This document shows positions 58,111 to 64,000 of a stretch of DNA of 64,000 nt, piece by piece. Below the pieces are notes generated by a model. That model had not been told where the DNA came from. It did no database searches and was given only the letters and a program-made list of their open reading frames with translations. The stretch lies in the IMG/VR virus record IMGVR_UViG_3300047312_000347; one strand, written 5' to 3'. Origin of the DNA: an uncultured virus (IMG/VR IMGVR_UViG_3300047312_000347). Taxonomy: Duplodnaviria; Heunggongvirae; Uroviricota; Caudoviricetes. A program made the translations under genes and the position numbers. Within the stretch, counting starts at the first letter, position 1. Every line of letters starts with the position of its first letter.

Positions 58111-58680
58111 TCAGGTCGTCCCTGCCCCGGTCAGCACCTCAACCCGGCACGCCGCCGCGGCGCTGTCGGGAAACTGCTCGACCTCCCATTCGCCGGGCGC
58201 GGCAATCTTCACGATGTAGGAGCCGCTGGTGATCTCGACGTCCCGGTTCGGCAACACCACCCACACCCGATTGTCGACTCGCACCTGCACGACATGAACC
58301 CGATCAGGGTCATCGACCTTGAGGCCTCGCAGGGCGAGCGCGCGCAGCTGCTGATGATAGTGCGGCTCGCGCCACACCAGCGGATAGCTTCCATCGACCG
58401 TCACCGTGACCGTCTGCACGCCGCCGATCTTCGCCAGCGACAGGATCATATGGCAGGTCAGCGGATACCAGTCGTCACCGACGCCGCGCGATAACATCCA
58501 GCCGCAAAAATAGCCGCGGCAAATCTGCGGCCGGGCGTCGTGGATCGCGCAGCCACCGTGACCTGGCTTGCAATGCTGGCACCATTGATTGGCCGCCTTG
58601 TCGAGCTCGAGCACGCGCAGGAGCTTGCAGCAGAGGGAGCATTTCCCGCACTCGCGTCCCGTTGTGATCTCGATCTTCAT
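58111..58680 (-). CDS. YkgJ-like cysteine cluster protein
   Basis: CGKCSLCCKLL, C.IH..RP.IC. Confidence 0.75.
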   Translation of the reverse strand: MKIEITTGRECGKCSLCCKLLRVLELDKAANQWCQHCKPGHGGCAIHDARPQICRGYFCGWMLSRGVGDDWYPLTCHMILSLAKIGGVQTVTVTVDGSYPLVWREPHYHQQLRALALRGLKVDDPDRVHVVQVRVDNRVWVVLPNRDVEITSGSYIVKIAAPGEWEVEQFPDSAAAACRVEVLTGAGTT

Positions 58681-58691
58681 GGCCTCGCCAA

Positions 58692-60332
58692 TTACATGGA
58701 CCAATTACCGAAGCCGGACGGAGGCGTAAAGGCGAAGGCGGACCCACCGAAATTCGCGGTCATGTTGTCGTTAAGCGCAGTACCGGTGCCACCGAACGTC
58801 AGATTCGGTGCGATGGCGGATCCACCAGTGGAGCCAGAACCAATGTAGCCGACTCCAGTTGCCGGATTGGCCGTCGGGTCACCATTCCAGTTACCGCTGT
58901 TTCTTCGAACCCACACTTTTCCGTTGGTGAGATCAGCCGCATAACAAATGACATCTCCCGCCGTCCACGTCCCGACTGTCTTCCCCGTATTGGTGCCAAC
59001 ATAAAAGATCAGCCCACCCCCTCCATTAAACGCGACGACACCTCCCTGTCCTGAAATTATCGACGCAAAATTAGTACCTGAAATGACCAACGCAACGGAA
59101 TCGTTGTTACCATGTGACGCTCCTATGGTAACCTCGAAATAATACTTGCCGGTGCTCAACAACATGGTGCTGGTCGCACCGGAATTTGAAGCAGTGCTGT
59201 TGTGCGTCGCCTTCAAATTACCATTCGTCAACGTGACATTGGCGGTCGTGCCATCAAACGTGGCGAGCACGGCAGACGCTGGTATTGTCGGTGCGTAGAT
59301 TGTATCGACGTCGACGAACCCACCAGGAAGCAGGGACTTATCGAGGCCGAGGACTACATTTGCTATCAGTGGGATGGTATCGACATCGATCCAAATGTGC
59401 GGTGCCAGGCGTTGGAATAGAATTACGTTCGGTGCATATACAGTGTCGGTGAAATCGACGAGCGCGTCGAACGGCCATAGCGCCGGGTTGGAACCAATAA
59501 ACGGTGACAGGAAGGTGTCGTCGCTTCCTACCGACGCCGGCAACAGCGATGCGTAATGCACAACCGGTACGAAGAAGATATCATCATCGACGAACAGACC
59601 CATCCGTCCAGGTGTTCGCAATTCCGGACCGATGAATACGTCGACGTCTAGGATGCGACTTGGGTTCAGTTGATTGAATATGAAGGGCGCGAAGAGTGTG
59701 TCTGCCGAACTGAACGCCCCAGGTTTGATGAAGGCAACTTGACCCGCCGGGTAGATGGCATCGTTGTTGGGGGAGTATTCGGTGACAAGACCGGGCCGAA
59801 GTCCGCTCCCCAACGTTGTGGTGAAGATGGCATCAGTATCAACAAAAACGTCGAGCAGTAGAACAACAGCATCATTGTGTCGAATGACCGACGGTCCGTA
59901 AATGATGTCGGCATCGATGACATTTTGGATCGGGAACGTCTGGTTGATCGTCGCCTTGCCCAGCGTGACCTTCTTGACGCCACCGAAGACATCGACATCG
60001 ACGAACAGTTGCGGACCCAGCACATTGCTGAGAACAATCGGTGGGGCAATGATGTCATTGGCGACAACAAGTGGTGGAACGATGGCATAGGCCGCACCCT
60101 TGCTGAAACCATAGAAGACGTCGGGATCGACGACGAGCGCCGGATAGATACTGTTGTCAACATCACCGACATAGGGTTGATAGATCGTATCGCCTTCAAC
60201 GAACGACCCTTCAAACAACAGAAAACCGGGGACACGAATAGTCGCCTGCGGAAAGACATCCGGATCCACATAGCCGTCGATTGGAACTGCCAATCCCAGC
60301 AGCAACTCTTCCGCGATGACACCGACAATCAT
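58692..60332 (-). CDS. Tail protein with repeats and C-terminal SPRY-like domain
   Basis: Repeated P..VD.D.F..P units; GKYYFEV..GDVI..A.DL..GK.W. Confidence 0.65.
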   Translation of the reverse strand: MIVGVIAEELLLGLAVPIDGYVDPDVFPQATIRVPGFLLFEGSFVEGDTIYQPYVGDVDNSIYPALVVDPDVFYGFSKGAAYAIVPPLVVANDIIAPPIVLSNVLGPQLFVDVDVFGGVKKVTLGKATINQTFPIQNVIDADIIYGPSVIRHNDAVVLLLDVFVDTDAIFTTTLGSGLRPGLVTEYSPNNDAIYPAGQVAFIKPGAFSSADTLFAPFIFNQLNPSRILDVDVFIGPELRTPGRMGLFVDDDIFFVPVVHYASLLPASVGSDDTFLSPFIGSNPALWPFDALVDFTDTVYAPNVILFQRLAPHIWIDVDTIPLIANVVLGLDKSLLPGGFVDVDTIYAPTIPASAVLATFDGTTANVTLTNGNLKATHNSTASNSGATSTMLLSTGKYYFEVTIGASHGNNDSVALVISGTNFASIISGQGGVVAFNGGGGLIFYVGTNTGKTVGTWTAGDVICYAADLTNGKVWVRRNSGNWNGDPTANPATGVGYIGSGSTGGSAIAPNLTFGGTGTALNDNMTANFGGSAFAFTPPSGFGNWSM

Positions 60333-61729
60333 CCGACGATGCTCGGGTCTGGTGTGTATTTTCTGATCAAGGCAGTCGGTTGGAACTGGTCGGTCGTACC
60401 GGTGTTGGCGCCAGTTATCCAATTCTTGCTCGTGTGCAACAGGAGCTCGGGCTTCTTGCCGAGCAACTGTTCCGCCAGTGGTCGCGGATCGTCCGCGGTG
60501 CCCGTTATTGGATCGGCTACGGTGCCCTTTGTCGGGTCGACAGGCTTCAGGGTTGCCTTGCCATCCTTGTCGCGGATCACATTGCCCTTATCATCGCGCA
60601 CATAATCAATGAATGCGCGACGATTGCTGTCAACACTGGTATCCAGCGTCACCTCGGTAAACATTTGAAACTCGGCCATCTCTACGCGGAGGATGGAATC
60701 AACAAATTGTGGATTAGCAGGGATGCCCAACGGGGTGTCGATTCCCGCCGGGGTCCTGGATGTCGGAAGAGGCGTGGAAACATATTTGCATGTCGGTGCC
60801 GGTGCTGCCAGGTTTCCGATGTAAAAGTTCGCTGCCCCAGCAACGCTCCAGGCATTATCCGTCAGAATTGCATTCCGATCGTCACCGCCGCTGACGAAGA
60901 ACGGACCCAGATTATCTTCGCCATCGTAGTTTTTGTCATCGATGGCGTACCACAATTTGCAATAGCTGTCGGTCCCTTCCGCTATGGTCTCGTTCCGCCC
61001 CGCACCAGGCTCCACAGGAGCGTGGGTCTTGCAATCATTGCTCAGATCGAACGACAGCAGCAGATGATGCCACTGATCCGGCGCGATCGGGAATGTCGTC
61101 TTGACCTTAAAGTACTCCGGCCTGGCATTCGACGCTTCCGGGAAATCCTTGATTCCGAGAGTAAGTCCCGCGTGAGGATTGATAGGCGGTACAGCGTTGT
61201 AATAATCCCAACCCGAGCCAGGAACCGTCGTCGGATCGAAATTTGGTCCCCAGCCAGGTGGCAATCCGCCCGGCAGGTCTGCGTCGAGGAGGTACAGCTC
61301 CACTCCGGTCTGGGTTGACGCCATGCCGACAACATCGGCATGACCGGCAGTTTGCAGGATGAACGATAAAGCGGCAGTGATCTTCGATGGATCGGAAATG
61401 CTTCCGCCGCAATTGACGGCAATACAACACGGATCGGCCAGAAACGTCCCCTTGCTGGTGTAGCCGCTTACACCGTAAACAGGAGGAGCGTCTGCCCTAG
61501 GAAAATTCATGGCTTTGCTTACATCGACAAAATCAGGCTCGAGGTCTTCCACCTTGGGTGCAACGCCGAATGTCAACAATGGGATCGCCGTATTCATCAA
61601 GTCGCTAAATCCAGGTTGGAAAGGCTTGCTCGCAGCTGTCGTGATCGATGCTTGCGGTATGCGGAACCAAAACGAAATCACCGCTTTGGAAAAATCCGGG
61701 AGACCTCCCGGCAGGGTCAAATAACTCAT
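60329..61729 (-). CDS. Tail protein, LamG/concanavalin-like
   Basis: ISFWFR, WHHLLLSFD. Confidence 0.6.
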   Translation of the reverse strand: MSYLTLPGGLPDFSKAVISFWFRIPQASITTAASKPFQPGFSDLMNTAIPLLTFGVAPKVEDLEPDFVDVSKAMNFPRADAPPVYGVSGYTSKGTFLADPCCIAVNCGGSISDPSKITAALSFILQTAGHADVVGMASTQTGVELYLLDADLPGGLPPGWGPNFDPTTVPGSGWDYYNAVPPINPHAGLTLGIKDFPEASNARPEYFKVKTTFPIAPDQWHHLLLSFDLSNDCKTHAPVEPGAGRNETIAEGTDSYCKLWYAIDDKNYDGEDNLGPFFVSGGDDRNAILTDNAWSVAGAANFYIGNLAAPAPTCKYVSTPLPTSRTPAGIDTPLGIPANPQFVDSILRVEMAEFQMFTEVTLDTSVDSNRRAFIDYVRDDKGNVIRDKDGKATLKPVDPTKGTVADPITGTADDPRPLAEQLLGKKPELLLHTSKNWITGANTGTTDQFQPTALIRKYTPDPSIVG

Positions 61730-62487
61730 GGCGTCGATAACTGTTTCTGAGGATCCAGCGCGTTGGTTGCTCCGTCGCCAAACTCCACGGCGAGGCCGCC
61801 TCCCCAACTCACATTGACTATGTTCTGCAATGGATCGAGCCGCCACGGTGGATCGACCTCGGTGGTATCCGGCTGATCGGATCCGAATAGTCGCACCCAG
61901 TCGTTGTTGCCGAATTGCAGCAAGGGATCACTGAGCGAGTCGATCCCCCAAATATGCTTTTGCCAGATTAGACCATTGCCGGACGTACTGGTGAACTCCT
62001 GGATAATCTCGACCAGCAGGAATTGGCTGTCGTCCTTGCTGGCGAGCTGCACCGCATTGATATAATCGGCCATTGCGCTGGGTGGCTGACCGTTTCGGTC
62101 AATGGCGTCGCTTGCAAGGTCATAGCGATCAACTCTCCGGGTGTGAACGACGCGCGTGATGTTGTCTGGGTCGTTTCCATATGCGTGCGCTGCTCTCTGA
62201 TAATCAAGTCCGGCACCGGCCTCGAGCGCTATGGCCGTTCGGATCGGGACCTTGAGGGTGATGCTCTCGTCATCAGGCTTTGTGATCTTTTTGATTTCAG
62301 CCTTGTTCGGATCCGTTGGGTCGAATGTCGACCAATCATACGTGAAGACGTATCTTTGATAGGCGAGACCGGTGCCGACATCAAAAACTAATCTGTCAAT
62401 GCGCTCGACATCGACCCAAGTATCACTTGTGGTGTCGTCGTCCTCATAGATTCGAACGACATGTGACACACGACCATCACCTGCCAT
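61726..62487 (-). CDS. Putative tail protein
   Basis: In tail operon; LDPLQNIVNVSW. Confidence 0.6.
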   Translation of the reverse strand: MAGDGRVSHVVRIYEDDDTTSDTWVDVERIDRLVFDVGTGLAYQRYVFTYDWSTFDPTDPNKAEIKKITKPDDESITLKVPIRTAIALEAGAGLDYQRAAHAYGNDPDNITRVVHTRRVDRYDLASDAIDRNGQPPSAMADYINAVQLASKDDSQFLLVEIIQEFTSTSGNGLIWQKHIWGIDSLSDPLLQFGNNDWVRLFGSDQPDTTEVDPPWRLDPLQNIVNVSWGGGLAVEFGDGATNALDPQKQLSTP

Positions 62488-62490
62488 TTG

Positions 62491-63309
62491 TCACACCGAC
62501 AGTAAGCCGAACAGATCCCAGGTGTTGGCGCCGACCTTCTTTGCAGTTATGACCGCACCAGTCCCACCAGTCGCCGGTCGAAGTCCGGTGATCGTATTGA
62601 TGGTAACCGCGGTGCCCGGCACCAGGGTCACCGGTGATGCAGTGCATTGTCGGAAGGAAATCTCGACCGAAAGCGGGAAACTCAATGTCGCGTCGCTCGG
62701 TATGGTGATGGAACAGCCGGACGCATTGACGCAGCGCACATAGCCTGCGATGTCGGCAAGGGTGAGCGTGTAGGTTGGATCCGGTGCCTCGCGCAATGTC
62801 ATTGCGGGGAATATCGCCGGAGTTTGCCAATTAACGGCATAGTCTGCGTTACTGGACTTCGCGAGAAGTTGTCCCGTGAGTCCCCCAGGCGGGATGATGC
62901 TCGACGGCTGCTCCAGCATCAGTCCGTAGTATGCGTGACCGGCCCCGTCGTTCGCCCCCGCATCGAACACAGTGGCGCTGATATGGTTGAACAACACCAT
63001 ATAAACGGCACCGTTGTAGTCGGTGACATCGTTGAGCATGTAGTTCGTATTCGGTCGCCAGGTGCCGCGAAAGTTCCACGTCGTCACCGGCAATGCGAAC
63101 GGCCCCTGGATCGTCCCGTCGGTCATGTGAATGTAGAAGGCATTCCCACTGACCGCGAAATGATCGATGGAAACCAGTGTCGGTATCGTCTCCTCGGTGA
63201 CGGTCAGACGATTGTTGATGTCGTAAAAATTGCCATCGACCTCGGCGGCAACGAGGTTTGCCCCCTTGCCGGCACCCCACGGTCCTATCGTTCGGTAAAT
63301 GATTGCCAT
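62491..63309 (-). CDS. Tail fibre-like protein
   Basis: GAGKGANL.AAEVDGNF; GGLTGQLLAK; YTLTLAD...W.LFG. Confidence 0.7.
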   Translation of the reverse strand: MAIIYRTIGPWGAGKGANLVAAEVDGNFYDINNRLTVTEETIPTLVSIDHFAVSGNAFYIHMTDGTIQGPFALPVTTWNFRGTWRPNTNYMLNDVTDYNGAVYMVLFNHISATVFDAGANDGAGHAYYGLMLEQPSSIIPPGGLTGQLLAKSSNADYAVNWQTPAIFPAMTLREAPDPTYTLTLADIAGYVRCVNASGCSITIPSDATLSFPLSVEISFRQCTASPVTLVPGTAVTINTITGLRPATGGTGAVITAKKVGANTWDLFGLLSV

Positions 63310-63322
63310 GCTTCAATCCGCA

Positions 63323-63583
63323 TCAGGCTTCTGGGGTGTTGACGACCTGGTAGCTCTGGCCGGGAGCGAGAATTATGCCGGTCGGAATCTCATAGTAGTA
63401 TTTGTCCTGGTAAAAGGATGCCGAAACCGAATAACCAGTCGAGATGGTCTTGGCCTTGCCGCCGAGCCCGATATTAATGATGACGTTCGGCTGTGGTGCA
63501 GCAGCCGCCGAAGCCAACGGTATGCGCGGCGGCGTCGTATCAAAAACGACAAATGGGCGAACAATCTGCTCAAGACTCGGCAC
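63323..63583 (-). CDS. Putative tail protein
   Basis: LEQIVRPF; in operon. Confidence 0.55.
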   Translation of the reverse strand: MPSLEQIVRPFVVFDTTPPRIPLASAAAAPQPNVIINIGLGGKAKTISTGYSVSASFYQDKYYYEIPTGIILAPGQSYQVVNTPEA

Positions 63584-64000
63584 TTGGAGCCTCCAGATTG
63601 ATCATCGTCGGAACGATCAACGTCCCGACGGAAATATCGTACTCGGCCGCATAATCGGTTCCCGCCACTGATTTTAATTCCATCTCGAGCCAAGTCTGGT
63701 TGAGCGCGACGAATTCCTCGAACATCGCCTGCGCCTGTTGTTCCAATTGATTGTGGTGGTCCGCGGCAGTCTGCGCACTAGCCGGAACAGAATTCGCGGG
63801 AGGGGAGGAAGCTGGCGTAGCCACGGGCATGCCGGGAAGATCGGGGGAGGGTGAGCCTTTATGCACCTCGTATTTGACGACCACCTGGTCATACGTCAAA
63901 GGCAACACCAGACCGTCGTCGGTGACGCCACTCACCGGCACCGAAAATGCGACATCGGTCGTGGGCAGGCTGATGGTTGCATCCTTGTAGAACTGGTAAC
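63570..64000 (-). CDS. C-terminus of a tail protein (partial)
   Basis: ORF appears to run from the window edge; ends LIVPTMINLEA. Confidence 0.55.
   Translation of the reverse strand, partial: YQFYKDATISLPTTDVAFSVPVSGVTDDGLVLPLTYDQVVVKYEVHKGSPSPDLPGMPVATPASSPPANSVPASAQTAADHHNQLEQQAQAMFEEFVALNQTWLEMELKSVAGTDYAAEYDISVGTLIVPTMINLEAPSAES

Larger units (their letters stand above)
1..64000. mobile_element. Temperate phage DNA: two paralogous phage gene sets in tandem
   Basis: Only phage-type genes; two integrases, two attP-like sites, two AAA_25/RuvC/MT-A70 operons, head genes and tail genes. Confidence 0.9.

Overview
GC-rich, gene-dense temperate-phage DNA with no recognisable host housekeeping genes, rRNA, tRNA or CRISPR. 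A GapR-like gene suggests an alphaproteobacterial host (inference). All calls are by-eye motif recognition; no searches were run. The window looks like two related phage gene sets in tandem. Set A (1-~17.1 kb) has a replication/modification operon on the - strand (AAA_25 helicase, RuvC-like, MT-A70, GapR-like), an early operon on + (YqaJ, ParB-like, endolysin), a tyrosine integrase and an intact attP-like site. The middle unit B (~17.1-52 kb) has accessory genes, holin-like genes, two fibre/tailspike genes and a full head/packaging module (DUF2184 capsid, DUF2213, MuF with a HExxH extension, DUF1073 portal, terminases). It also carries a canonical parS, a second replication operon with four methyltransferases in total, YqaJ-RecT, a repeat-linked mini-gene array, a second integrase and a second attP-like site. 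B has no recognisable tail tube, sheath, tape measure, baseplate or endolysin. The right part (52-64 kb) has an XRE/LuxR pair, an amidase, a third YqaJ/annealase module and distal tail genes. Highlights: the tail-less capsid-forming unit bracketed by a diverged non-coding direct repeat, the parS, a MuF toxin/immunity candidate, and the ALEQKSP cassette array.
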